Origin: Laetmonice hystrix
Taxonomy: Eukaryota
NCBI GenBank assembly: GCA_965235115.1
Contig: OZ249450.1
Span: 4,836,001 to 4,900,000 of the forward strand
DNA length: 64,000 nucleotides
Reading direction: 5' to 3'
Part shown: in pieces, positions 11,760 through 24,435 of the stretch
Layout of the letters: every line of letters starts with the position of its first letter
How positions within the stretch are numbered: the first letter of the stretch is position 1
Made by a program: the position numbers and the translations under genes
Notes under the pieces: generated by a model
Database searches by the model: none
What the model saw: the letters and a program-made list of their open reading frames with translations, nothing else
Told to the model about the DNA's origin: nothing

Positions 11760-13835
11760 TTTATCAAGTTTAAACGATGGGTCCTTTTATAGGGTGACGA
11801 CCCTGACTGTGGGTAGAGATATAGTTTATCAAGTTTCAACGATGGGTCCTTATATATATATATGTGTGGTGGCCCTGACTGTGGGTAGAGATATAGTTTA
11901 TCAAGTTTAAACGATGGGTCCTTATATAGTGTGGCGACCCTGACTATGGGTGGAGATATAGTTTATCAAGTTTAAACGATGGATCCTTTTATAATGTGGC
12001 GACCCTGACTGTGGGTGGAGATAGAGTTTATCAAGTTTCACCCTGACTGTGGGTAGAGATATAGTTTATCAAGTTTCAACGATGGATCCTTTTATAATGT
12101 GGCGACCCTGACTGTGGGTGGAGATAGAGTTTATCAAGTTTAAACGATGGATCCTTTTATAATGTGGCGACCCTGACTGTGGGTAGAGATATAGTTTATC
12201 AAGTTTAAACGATGGGTCCTTATATAGTGTGGCGACCCTGACTGTGGGTAGAGATATAGTTTATCAAGTTTAAACGATGGGTCCTTGTATAGTGTGGCGA
12301 CCCTGACTGTGGGTAGAGATATAGTTTATCAAGTTTAAACGATAGATCCTTGTATACTATGACGACCCTGACTGTGGGTAGAGATATAGTTTATCAAGTT
12401 TAAACGATGGATCCTTATATAGTGTGGCGACCCTGACTGTGGGTAGAGATATAGTTTATCAAGTTTAAACGATGGATCCTTGTATAGTGTGGCGACCCTG
12501 ACTGTGGGTGGAGATATAGTTTATCAAGTTTAAACGATGGATCCTTTTATAATGTGGCGACCCTGACTGTGGGTAGAGATATAGTTTATCAAGTTTCACC
12601 CTGACTGTGGGTAGAGATATAGTTTATCAAGTTTCAACGATGGATCCTTTTATAATGTGGCGACCCTGACTGTGGGTGGAGATAGAGTTTATCAAGTTTA
12701 AACGATGGATCCTTTTATAATGTGGCGACCCTGACTGTGGGTAGAGATATAGTTTATCAAGTTTAAACGATGGGTCCTTATATAGTGTGGCGACCCTGAC
12801 TGTGGGTAGAGATATAGTTTATCAAGTTTAAACGATGGGTCCTTGTATAGTGTGGCGACCCTGACTGTGGGTAGAGATATAGTTTATCAAGTTTAAACGA
12901 TAGATCCTTGTATACTATGACGACCCTGACTGTGGGTAGAGATATAGTTTATCAAGTTTAAACGATGGATCCTTATATAGTGTGGCGACCCTGACTGTGG
13001 GTAGAGATATAGTTTATCAAGTTTAAACGATGGATCCTTGTATAGTGTGGCGACCCTGACTGTGGGTAGAGATATAGTTTATCAAGTTTAAACGATGGAT
13101 CCTTGTATAGTGTGGCGACCCTGACTGTGGGTGGAGATATAGTTTATCAAGTTTAAACGATGGGTCCTTGTATAGTGTGGCGACCCTGACTGTGGGTAGA
13201 GATATAGTTTATCAAGTTTAAACGATGGATCCTTATATTGTGGCGACCCTGCCCGTGGGTAGAGATATAGTTTAATAAGTTTAAACGATGGATCCTTATA
13301 TAGTGTGGCGACCCTGACTGTGGTGGAGATATAGTTTATCAAGTTTAAACGATGGATCATTATATTGTGGCGACCCTGACTGTGGGTAGAGATATAGTTT
13401 ATCAAGTTTAAACGATGGGTCCTTACATAGTGCGGCGACCGTGACTGTGGGTGGAGATATAGTTTATCAAGTTTAAACGATGGATCCTTATATAGTGTGG
13501 CGACCCTGACTGTGGGTGGAGATATAGTTTATCAAGTTTAACCGATGGATCCTTTTATAATGTGGCGACCCTGACTGTGGGTGGAGATATAGTTTATCAA
13601 GTTTAACCGATGGATCCTTATATAGTGTGGCGACCCTGACTGTGGGTGGAGATATAGTTTATCAAGTTTAACCGATGGATCCTTTTATAATGTGACGACC
13701 CTGACTGTGGGTAGAGATATAGTTTATCAAGTTTAAACGATGGATCCTTATATAGTGTGGCGACCCTGACTGTGGGTGGAGATATAGTTTATCAAGTTTA
13801 ACCGATGGATCCTTTTATAATGTGACGACCCTGAC
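11760..13835. repeat. Satellite, 65-bp unit (about 32 copies) with an internal 558-bp higher-order duplication
   Basis: Unit TTTATCAAGTTTAAACGATGGATCCTTATATAGTGTGGCGACCCTGACTGTGGGTAGAGATATAG; diagnostic variants recur exactly 558 bp apart. Confidence 0.97.
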
Positions 13836-14042
13836 ATTTCAGGGATCCTTGGATTCCTGTCCCATCTGCCCTGGAATCTCCGTTAGCCAGTATTTCACAT
13901 GGTTTGAACGGTCGGCAGTGACCAGTTAGTAGATGAACCCACCCCAGCCCTGTTGAATGCACTTCAGCCGCGCGATTAGAAGGAACTCTTGTAGAACCAG
14001 TGACGCCGACTACCAACCGCAACTCCTGCTGCTCCTGCCACC

Positions 14043-14140
14043 GCTGCTCAGGTGTGGTGGTGGTCTGCTCAGGTGTGGTGGTGGTCGGCTGCTCAGGTGT
14101 GGTGGTGGTCGGCTGCTCAGGTGTGGTGGTGGTCGGCTGC
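14043..14140. repeat. Minisatellite, 24-bp unit GGTCGGCTGCTCAGGTGTGGTGGT (4 copies)
   Basis: Direct inspection. Confidence 0.93.
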
Positions 14141-14344
14141 CGTCCTATTGGACAGGATGGGTCACTCCTGGATTACGAGCTACGTAGCCCGTCTTAAAGG
14201 GGAGCTGCAGTCAATGGAAATGGTGACCAATGGGAATTGTCCCCAATCCCAGCAGCATGAAGGGTGGCCAACAGGAGATCAGATCCCCGGGAGTGGTTGA
14301 AGACTGACGTCTCAATCCTCCTAATGACCACGCCCGGACGTCTG

Positions 14345-14501
14345 GCCCCGGTTTCAAGAAACTGATTTGGGTGGTCAAATCTGACTACCCTAGTCAAAAC
14401 CTCGGATTTGACCAATCCGATGACTCCAATCCATATTTGATCAAGGTTTTGACTCCGGTAGTCAAATTTGACCACCCAAATCAGTTTCTTGAACCCGGGG
14501 C
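14345..14501. mobile_element. PIF/Harbinger-type MITE (157 bp)
   Basis: About 60-bp TIRs starting GCCCCGGTTTCAAGAAAC; 3-bp TSD CTG at 14342-14344 and 14502-14504. Confidence 0.85.
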
Positions 14502-14677
14502 CTGGACGCTGTGGGTGGAAGGGGGCACTCCCACGCTCACCAAGACTATAAATTAAATATAACCCTAAAATCGCCACATCAGCATCCATTCATTTTCCCC
14601 CCTTAAATTGGGCAGCACTCTCTATAGTGAAATTAAATCAGAGGAAAACCGGATGTAAAATCGCCATAGAAGACAAA

Positions 14678-14742
14678 GGCCTCGAGTCTCGAACCCACCC
14701 AAGACAGGGTCGAGACCATCTTGCCGTCCCAAGCGAGCCGGC
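14678..14742 (-). mobile_element. Degenerate tRNA-like (SINE head?) remnant
   Basis: Minus strand GCCGGCTCGCTTGG...GGGTGGGTTCGAGACTC has a B-box and a weak A-box; no clean cloverleaf. Confidence 0.25.
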
Positions 14743-15262
14743 TGGACTGGGTTCAGGAGACAGTGTAGCTCGCCTGGCGCTGCACTACCTGGTACTCCTC
14801 TGTCAATCTGCCAAAGGTTGTTTTTTAACAATAAACACGTCCCAATAGGAATGTCACCACCATGACTACTCTGAGTGGCAGCACTTGGGCAAAAAACTGC
14901 GGAGATCCACAGGGAGTGCCAAAAGTGAAAACTAATAAATCTCACGGTGACAGGATACCGTTTTGTACAGTCCTCTTTAGGATCGCTCAAGTTCAGGTAA
15001 CTTTTTCATGAGGAGGGAACGGTTAGGTATAATTTGACACGTGATTTGTCAATTCTTCCATAACCTGTGAGAAGTCGTTTTGTTGGTGAGAACAGTTTTG
15101 AGACAGGTCGATGTCCTTGTGGTGCCTTGGAATGGGTAACGGAGGATGTGATCGTTTTATCATTGTTCTCATCATGCCACGGGGGTGATCCATCCATCCA
15201 CATGCCTTCTTTAATCTACAATAAATTCAATGATCTTGTATGGTACATTTCTCTAAATTTAA

Positions 15263-15362
15263 AGCTGCACTGTCCTCGTAATCTGTAGGCCAACAGAATT
15301 GAACGGTTGTAACGGTGTCTGCTCAGCCCACAAAGCCTGATAGAGGACAGAAAATGGCAGCT
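15263..15362. mobile_element. Miniature Kolobok-like element (100 bp)
   Basis: TTAA|AGCTGCACTGTCCTC ... GAGGACAGAAAATGGCAGCT|TTAG; interrupted TIR and near-TTAA TSD. Confidence 0.5.
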
Positions 15363-17099
15363 TTAGTTTAAATAGAAAATAGATAAAATAGCCACGTGGG
15401 AAAGGTTTACTTTTCATCAGATTCAAGGGATCATCAAAACGCCCATGAAAATATGAAAATTAATATTACTATTTTTCTGACCATATCCATCCTAGGCGCA
15501 GCATGGAATCTTGAGCCATGAAGTGTCTTGTGCCATCGTGGTCACATACTGTGTAACCATGAAAATACATGGTGGTTACGATGACAAAACCATCTCAAGT
15601 ATTTCCTATCCCATCTTATTCGTGTTCAGTTGTTGCGACTTACAAAAATACGTTTGTGTGCTCAGACGGCACAGCATGAGAAAAACCCCCACCTTAAATA
15701 TCGGGCAAACAAAGCGATGCGGCAGCCATTCAGCGGCCATTCAGTCAGTCTGCAGGGTGGTGTCTGTAACAATAACACCACCTGAGGGATTGGAGTTCGC
15801 ATTGTGGCGAGTTTGTAGCCAGTCGGGAGTTAGGTCAACACTGTCTGATTGCCAGTTGTGAAAACCAAACCTGAACGAAGTGCGATTGTCAATGGAAACT
15901 ATCGCGGCTGGAGAACATTGGTATTGTTGGCAATGACTGTAAGTTCTCTCAAAGTTAATATGGCAGATTTGAAATGTAATTACAGCAAGGTCAGTTCAAG
16001 GTCACCGGGATTTCCGGGAGGCGCAGATTGATATGGGGAAATTAACTTTGTTTGAAATAAACATAAATCAACGTGGAAAACATCGGATAACTTCAACATT
16101 TCACGCTGCGACTTTAATTACAAGATGCGGCTTCAGACAGAGAATTTACGGCATCATGCGAGCAGGTTATCAAAACTACTGCCAATCGTGCACTCTTCTC
16201 ACGAATAATATAAACTCAATATTATCTTTAAAACTCTATCGTATCTATCTTTAAATTAATACCACTTGACTCGTACTTGAATTACTTCATAAAACTACCG
16301 TATTGTAGAGAAAATGGAGAGAATTGTAAAATAATAAATCGATGTCAATAAACTGTCAGGAGTAATTGAACGTCTTTTTAATCGGCCTGGACATTTTTTT
16401 TGCAATTCAGCTTCACACCTGTGCCCCAGCAGGTGCCAGAGTACCCGGCAGATCCTGCCGAGTTTCAAATCTCATGCGGACCTCACGTACGCCTCCCCGG
16501 TCCTGTTTCAACTGGTGAAACTGACTGTCACTTTCATACGATCCGGCCTTTAAATACTCGACCCTCATCTGGGCTCTGAACACTGGCGGCATCTTGGGTG
16601 GTATAGCATTTGATAGCCTCAAATAATTTATTTCAATCATATCTCAAGTGGCTCTCCCACTGTTCTCAACAAACACTAGATTTGTATGAAAGGACATTAC
16701 GACCTTTTCTCCCCCAGCAATCTGTGCAGACAATGAGACATCAAAGCCATACTGGGTGACGGTACTTCAAACCGTAGATCCCTATGTACTTTGACGTCAC
16801 ACTTGTCACCCTTTTTACCGTTATCTATTTTCAGAGCTACTTTTAACTCCCATTGCCCAAGTCCGGCCCCCAAGTCCTTTTGATAAATTGCAGTTTTTGT
16901 TGGTGTGTGTTTTTTTGCGATTCCTCAGGTGTGCGGCACCTTCTAAAGGTTGTTTACTATCTGTAAGGCGGGGTTAGCCCAACTCTTCTAGTCATCAAAA
17001 TCGTCAGCATCTTACCAGCAATCTAGCGGGGCCTTATATCACCATGATAAAAGCGAAACCATCTTAGACCAAGTACCAGTGCCATTATTGCTCGATGCT

Positions 17100-17280
17100 T
17101 TCTACACAGCTTATCAACATCTTTTCAGGGCTGAGGTACTTCGCCACGCTCCGAGAGATCCCAGGAGTTTCAGCATAGTGGACAACCATCAAGACCCCAG
17201 TCTGTGCCAACACAGTACAGTACCGTACAGTGATACACAGTGTTCGATGAGAGCTGGATACAACAGTGGCAACACTTGAG
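17100..17280 (-). mobile_element. Possible decayed L2/CR1-group LINE RT fragment
   Basis: Minus frame PLLYPALIEHCVSLYGTVLCW resembles the LLYYALIEPHLSYGIVVW motif; stops nearby. Confidence 0.3.
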
Positions 17281-18267
17281 TGTAATCTCTATTGCATCAT
17301 TCACATTTCTATTACAAATATAGATCTTCCGTGCAGATACATTTTCTGATCTTTTTTAAAGAACCATTCAAGTATTTCTTCCTCTATTGAAGCGTGGTGC
17401 ATATTGTAAAATACTACACTGACAGTTTTTTCATGATTAAAGATGGACTTCAAAGTGCTGTCACTCAACCCGTAGAAACCCTGGTGTTTATAGATAAAAG
17501 TATTGGAGAATCTGAAAGTGATGCCTCAATAAAAATCACTTTTCCTTTTTGCGAATCGTCTGAAAATGTTCCCATACAAAGAAACAAGACTGATGTAGGT
17601 TCCCTTGGTGTGAGATGATGATGTCTGTCCATCTGGCACTCCTGGCTATCCGATGGTACGGGACGCCGCCGCTGGTGGCGCTAGTGTCGCCGCCCCCAGA
17701 CCTGTGGCCACCTCACGTGTCAAAGCCAGCACGGCGTCTGTCACACCGACAGACGCTGAATGCCTGTCCGCGTCCCACACCGTTCACAGTCCGACTGTGT
17801 GACACTCCGTGAAACTTAACGCCTCACTTCTGTCTGTCCACGTGATGGATCTCCTCAGCCCGCCCCTCCTTATTACACCAACAACTGAAACCTTTCCATA
17901 TAATCTAATGTAGAGTGGAACAAACACTCCCAACCCGCCCACCCAAAACCTTCATTGCCATGCGATGTACTATGTCACCTGAGATCCCTACAGGGCAATA
18001 TATTTACTCGAATTTCTCTGTCTGCTATGACGTGGGTCTGGTTTGCCTTTCTATGTCTCAGTTCCGAATACTTCATTACGGGTTGTTCGTCCATGACTAT
18101 CAGTCTCAGTTTGGCGTGTACAAAGATATCGTTAAACTTTGAAGATCTATTGATCAATGTTCAACGTAAAACAACCTTGGACAACTTGTTACTTGTATAT
18201 GGCAAACATTCGGTGAATATACATGTATTCCTTTAGGGAACAGGCTAACTTTTGTCGCCACCTAACA

Positions 18268-19350
18268 TGAACCCCTGAAGCATATATGTTAGGCCAAAGG
18301 GTATCGGCCCCCAACCTGAGGGTCCAGCAGGCATGGCCCCCCGGCAATGGCCTAACCTGACTTGAACCCCTGAAGCCCTATGTGAGGCCAAGGGATATCA
18401 GCAGGCATGGCCCCCCGGCAATGGCCTAACCTGACTTGAACCCCCGAAGCCCTACGAGCCCAAAGGGTACCGGCCCCCAACCTGAGGGCCCAGCAGGCAT
18501 GGCCCCCCGGCAATGGCCTAACCTGACTTGAACCCCCGAAGCCCTACGAGCCCAAAGGGTACCGGCCCCCAACCTGAGGGCCCAGCAGGCATGGCCCCCT
18601 GGCAATGGCCTAACCTGACTTGAACCCCTGAAGCCCCATGAGGCCAAAGGGGATCAGCCCCCAACCTGAGGGCCCAGCAGGCATGGCCCCTCGGCAATGG
18701 CCTAACCTGACTTGAACCCCTGAAGCCCCATGAGGCCAAAGGGTATCGGCCCCCAACCTGAGGGCCCAGCAGGCATGGCCCCCCGGCAATGGCCTAACCT
18801 GACTTGAACCCCTGAAGCCCCATGAGGCCAAAGGGTATCGGCCCCCAACCTGAGGGCCCAGCAGGCATGGCCCCCCGGCAATGGCCTAACCTGACTTGAA
18901 CCCCTGAAGCCCCATGAGGCCAAAGGGTATCGGCCCCCAACCTGAGGGCCCAGCAGGCATGGCCCCCCGGCAATGGCCTAACCTGACTTGAACCCCTGAA
19001 GCCCCATGAGGCCAAAGGGTATCGGCCCCCAACCTGAGGGCCCAGCAGGCATGGCCCCCCGGCAATGGCCTAACCTGACTTGAACCCCTGAAGCCCCATG
19101 AGGCCAAAGGGTATCGGCCCCCAACCTGAGGGCCCAGCAGGCATGGCCCCTCGGCAATGGCCTAACCTGACTTGAACCCCTGAAGCCCCATGAGGCCAAA
19201 GGGTATCGGCCCCCAACCTGAGGGCCCAGCAGGCATGGCCCCTCGGCAATGGCCTAACCTGACTTGAACCCCTGAAGCCCCATGAGGCCAAAGGGTATCG
19301 GCCCCCAACCTGAGGGCCCAGCAGGCATGGCCCCCCGGCAATGGCCTAAC
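18268..19350. repeat. GC-rich satellite, 92-bp unit (about 11.7 copies)
   Basis: The ORF track shows identical 73-aa ORFs every 92 bp; unit directly visible. Confidence 0.97.
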
Positions 19351-19995
19351 ACATTCCCCAACCTTTGCCGTTTGCCGACACTCAGAGACTGAGGAAAGCT
19401 GCCGGACCAGCCAAGGCCCATGACATGTTGCATAATGCCGCCAATGTGGCAAATGGAGGACACTGCGCTAAGAAAAGAAACTGAATATAAATCATTCCAT
19501 TGAGCATCCAGGGCAGGAGTGGAAATTCATGTCTTTACATTACAGTGATAACATAAAAAGTACACACAAGTTTCTCCGGCAAAGGACGCACTTTAAAGAC
19601 TGGCTACGCAAAACGGAATTCCTCACGCAGTTGATCTATGTCCTGAGAAGTTGGCTCTCATCCAAGCAGGTTTCAATCGGCAGAAAGTTACACGACGGGA
19701 GTTCGCCTTACACCCTCACCCCTGGTACCATGGTAAGAATCCTATTGGACAAGTTTACCACAGGAAGAAGGCACACATATTTCACATACTGATAATGGTT
19801 CTGAATGAAAAAAAAACAAACGCTCTCTCATGACAGGTATATGTACTCCTCACATAAAAGGACATTTCAAACTTGATCAAAGTTCATCTTTATCAAGATT
19901 CATCTGAGTAAACAACTAATGTGTAAATGAAATCAACCATAAAGTAATGACCAGGAAGGAGACGGGTTTGGGCGATAATTAAAGCAATCACTTAC

Positions 19996-20224
19996 CAAGT
20001 TCCGAGTCCTGATCGTCTGTTATAACTAGTACTATATTTGGTTTCTCGCTCCGTTTCTGTCTCCTATGCTGCATCTTGCGTGCCGACATGCGCACACGGC
20101 CCTCGTCCCGTAACCTTGACTCCCGCTCCCTCAGCCTCGCTCGTAATCCATCAGTGTACCCAACAAGACAAATGACGCACAGTCCGCCCAGTAACACTAA
20201 CGACAGTCTCAAACTTACATCCAT
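19996..20224 (-). CDS. Sulf1: First coding exon of extracellular sulfatase Sulf (heparan sulfate 6-O-endosulfatase, Sulf1/Sulf2 family); 76 codons + 1 nt, rest of gene outside window
   Basis: MDVSLRLSLVLLGGLCVICLVGYTDG (signal peptide), basic segment ending RQKR, then SEKPNIVLVITDDQDSELG matching Sulf RPNIILVLTDDQDVELG; donor CTTG|GTAAGT at 19996/19995 is phase 1 in the Gly codon, where I recall vertebrate SULF genes also have an intron. Confidence 0.88.
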
Positions 20225-20430
20225 TCTGGAATGCACAGATGGATACGTGACCCAAAGATATGACCGCTGACCTTCGCTACCGCAAGGTCACTTTGGTTGC
20301 TGCTCAGCTGTTCAGGGGCAGTCTAGATCGCACTGTCCGAATGTGTTGCGGCAGATTTGGAAGTGACCTTGGTATGACCTTGACGACGTCTTCTCATGCC
20401 GCAGGTTCGGATGTCTTCACCACGATGGAT
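20225..20430 (-). other. Predicted 5'-UTR part of the Sulf start-codon exon, containing a 24-codon uORF (20397-20323)
   Basis: Acceptor TCTTACTGTTTCTAG| at 20431/20430; uORF MRRRRQGHTKVTSKSAATHSDSAI*. Confidence 0.5.
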
Positions 20431-22535
20431 CTAGAAACAGTAAGATTTAACGATAACATCACCAATTCGAAATAACATAGACTAATAGACCTTCTGCTGT
20501 ACCGTAATAATTTTTGTACCTGTTAAGGTAAGATTACCATAAGCGTTAACAATGGCCCAATTGAACAATTCCGAACTGTATTGTCTGCCTCAGTCAAATA
20601 TAACCTCTGACCTACTTTAAATCCGAGATCTTAAAGCCACCTGATCGTGAATATTTTCCTCAATCCCTCCTCTGACGAATAACAATGCCACTCCTAACAA
20701 TACGCATTGTTCGCTCTCCTCTAAAGGCCGTTTCTTACTTCTCCTTCAGGCAAATGAGCAACGTATCTCACCTGCCTGTTTATAAATGCAATCAACCTCT
20801 TGCATAATTCAAGAAACCACAACCTCCCGAAACTTTTTGCACAAGACGGCAACATGTATGAGATGTAACAAAAGAGCCGCTCCAGCTGCGACGGCTCTCG
20901 AATGGCTTCTTCAGTCGGCAGGTGTTTTACCTGTTTCCTAACACATTACTATGACATTAGAAAAAGGTGGAACCGACCTGCTCATCCAAGGACAGGTGAG
21001 GACATGTCCCTGTGCAACGTAGAATAATTCTCATAATCTGAGAAGATGTTATTGTAATCATTGCGTGCCCATTTGTGAATGCTTATGGCCAGCATCAGTT
21101 ATCAACAATTAATAAGCTCATTAATTTAATGGTTAGTTGCATGGACAGGGGGGGGGGAGCTCCTGAAATGCATCATTTATTCCAATACTGTCGTAATGTA
21201 ACCTTGAATGACAACCGAAGACAATTTACAAAGGTTTTTTCACCAGCTTTCAATTTTGAAGTATATTTTTTCAGAGTTTTATTGCTGGAGCCTACTACTC
21301 TCTGATTGGTTTCAATTCATGCCGAATTATTTCTCTCGATGCTTTCTGTGCTGGCTGAAGCTGCAGTTAAAGCTAGATTTGGTCACTGAGATTTCAAACA
21401 TGTAATAATGCCCCTGTGTAATATATGATATATTACACAGGGTGGGGCCGAGGATATATTATACATACCAAGCTTGACCCGCCGAGTGAAAACGATACAT
21501 AACCAAAGCTCCAATGGAGAATTTCTCAGGGCCCCGACACAAATGGAAATTTTGGTTCCAAACTTTTTCAACTTCATATTACCACCAGCTAATTTCATAC
21601 TGTGCGACCGAACTACCCGTACAGTAATTCACAACTTCTAACCCTTTCATTACTGTACACCCTGCCCCCAACTCCGGTCACGAGTCCCACCAGATTACAT
21701 ATTATTTTGTTTTGTGCCGTTCAAGTCTTAAATAACAGCATCTTTGGCACGGACTGGTCCAGGGTGGCAAGTGTTCTTCAGTGTACAACCAGTCTGTGCT
21801 AGGATGTCTGCCAACAGCCCGACCACATTCAAGTTCATCTTGAAGGCCTGCACCAACCAACCGTGCAGCAACTTCAAGTCATCTCCCCATCTGGGAGATC
21901 TTTCTCATGTGTCCCCTCACCCTCACCCTCCGTCCTCCTTAACTTATACGGGTCGTCATTTCAATGGAAGGAATCGATTAAATAAATTAAAAACATGTAC
22001 ATATTTTTATTAACATTATATCGGTCATGTGATGTCGGTTCTGGCCAGGGATAGATTTGGTGGATACTGACATGATGTCCCGTAATAAACCAATCAATGT
22101 CACAAACAACCACTCAAGATGGCAAGAATTATTCGGATCGACAGTGCGGCTTTCTACGCACAATGTGCAACGTCTAGGTGTTTTTCAAGCTCACACTGTG
22201 GTTCGTATTAACGGGTTAAAGTTAAACCCTCTAAGTCCTCAAGCCAATAACATATAATCCAGGTACAATCTCTATTAACCAATAAATTCCTACCACTTCT
22301 TACTAGATCATTTTCTACACTCTGCAATGGCTTAGTGAACCATGGACTGTCTAGATATGGGGGTCCTCACTGCCTGGTTGGGTAATTGACCTTTGAGGAC
22401 AATAGATGACAGGCTGGTTATTCAGGGTACAAGGTTCGTATGCATGGAGTCAGTACCGGAGCTGTTCCAATAAAACCTGCACCCCTGGGCCGCCAATTAC
22501 CGTCACCCCCTCCGTACTGAGAGCTTCAATAACAG

Positions 22536-23354
22536 GTGTCCTGGCCCTCAGCCTGCCCAACCTCTGGCTCCATCATCTCCACTGGCCTGGCCCTCAACCT
22601 GCCCAACCTCTGGCTCCACCATCTCCACTGGCCTGGCCCTTAACCTGCCCAACCTCTGGCTCCACCATCTTCACTGGCCTGGCCCTCAGCCTGCCCAACC
22701 TCTGGCTCCACCATCTCCACTGGTCTGGCCCTCAGCCTGCCCAACCTCTGGCTCCACCATCTCCACTGGTCTGGCCCTCAGCCTGCCCAACCTCTGGCTC
22801 TCCACTCCACTGGTCTGGCCCTCAGCCTGCCCAACCTCTGGCTCCACCATCTCCACTGGCCTGGCCCTCAACTTGCCCAACCTCTGGCTCTACCATCTCC
22901 ACTGGCCTGGCCCTCAGCCTGCCCAAACTCTGGCTCTCCACTCCACTGGCCTGGCCCTCAGCCTGCCCAAACTCTGGCTCTCCACTCCACTGGCCTGGCC
23001 CTCAGCCTGCCCAACCTCTGGCTCCACCATCTCCACTGGCCTGACCCTCAGCCTGCCCAAACTCTGGCTCCACCATCTCCACTGGCCTGGCCCTCAGCCT
23101 GCCCAACCTCTGGCTCCACCATCTCCACTGGCCTGGCCCTCAACCTGCCCAACCTCTGGCTCCACCATCTCCACTGGCCTGGCCCTCAGCCTGCCCAACC
23201 TCTGGCTCCACCATCTCCACTGGCCTGGCCCTTAACCTGCCCAACCTCTGGCTCTACCACCTCCACTGGCCTGGCCCTCAGCCTGCCCAACCTCTGGCTC
23301 CACCATCTCCACTGGTCTGGCCCTCAACCTGCCCAACCTCTGGCTCCATCACCA
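22536..23354. repeat. 46-bp C-rich minisatellite, array 1 (about 18 copies), bracketed by a 27-bp direct repeat
   Basis: Unit CTGGCCCTCAGCCTGCCCAACCTCTGGCTCCACCATCTCCACTGGC; CCTCCGTACTGAGAGCTTCAATAACAG at 22509-22535 and 23355-23381. Confidence 0.97.
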
Positions 23355-24435
23355 CCTCCGTACTGAGAGCTTCAATAACAGAGGGTTTCACGTGTTAACT
23401 GCGACTCGGAGTGGGCGACTTTCTCAGGGCCGCCCGGCAGCACGCCGTCACCGCATACCAGAGAGAAAAACAGACGGCAATCAACTTGCTAACAGATCGT
23501 CGGCTGACAGTGATAAACGGTCCCTGTCAACACTCTGTTTACATCCAAATTGTTTTTATTTGTTTCGCAGTATTTGGTAGTGCAACAGGGAAATGTACAG
23601 CATTTATTTTTGATCACTATCAAATAAATGAACGATTGTAGCGGATGTGTCCAATTTAACAGTTCTTTTTGACTTTCGCCCGACCCAGAAAATTATTTTC
23701 TATATTTTCTTTGTAATATCAAACTTTATCAAGCAGTTCAAAACCTAAAGATGACGTCGTATAGCATGGCTTCAAACAGTGACGACCCTCACGTTATTTC
23801 ATGTCCGTTACTTCTTCTGACTGCTTACAATTCTTTCAATTGGGGCCAAATCTTCCTAAGAAAAAAGAAGACGAATTAACCGTAAGAACTGAGACGACAG
23901 CTCTTCTGGCAAAGAGGCAGGCAAAGACCATCCAGTCTCCTTGTGGCACAGAGTGAACTATCTACTTGAAAAATATCTTCAAAGCCACTAGAAAAACAAG
24001 TGCTCCTTTTTTTCTTTCCTTTGTATTTCTACACAAATTGCGTTCCACTGAATTTTATATAGTAATGAATTAATTTTTTTTCTTGAGAAAATATATTTGT
24101 AGGTTTATTATGAGGGAGTTATTTGGAGCACATGCCACTTTTATGGTAATCAAACATTTTGTACATAAATCACACAATCTAAAGAGAGGCGTTTGTATAT
24201 GAAATATAAAAAAAATCCACTCAAATATCGTTACTTGAAATTGTATACCTTTTCTTCTCCCCATGAGGATACCCGAGGTGACATAAAAGAACGTGTTGGA
24301 CCAAATAAAAAAGTTTTCTCCATCTTTTTTTTTTCTTTTGCTAAAGGCTAGAAGTAGACACACAATCTGTTAAAAAGCCGTAACTCTGACACGTAATTCA
24401 TTGACAGGCCATCCATTCTGCCATCGTTATCGGAA

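Noticed and set aside
16413-16640. 75-aa minus-strand ORF as a possible Sulf exon
   Set aside because: No similarity to sulfatase sequence and a weak acceptor.
11760-19350. Regular repeats superficially resembling CRISPR arrays (65-bp and 92-bp)
   Set aside because: Units are head-to-tail with no unique spacers, there are no cas genes, and the context is eukaryotic.
19988-20236. ORF-track version of the sulfatase ORF (GTG start, ending ...ELGK*)
   Set aside because: The real start is ATG 20224, and the final K* lies in the intron after the GTAAG donor. GNS identity was considered, but DSELG with a phase-1 intron fits Sulf better.
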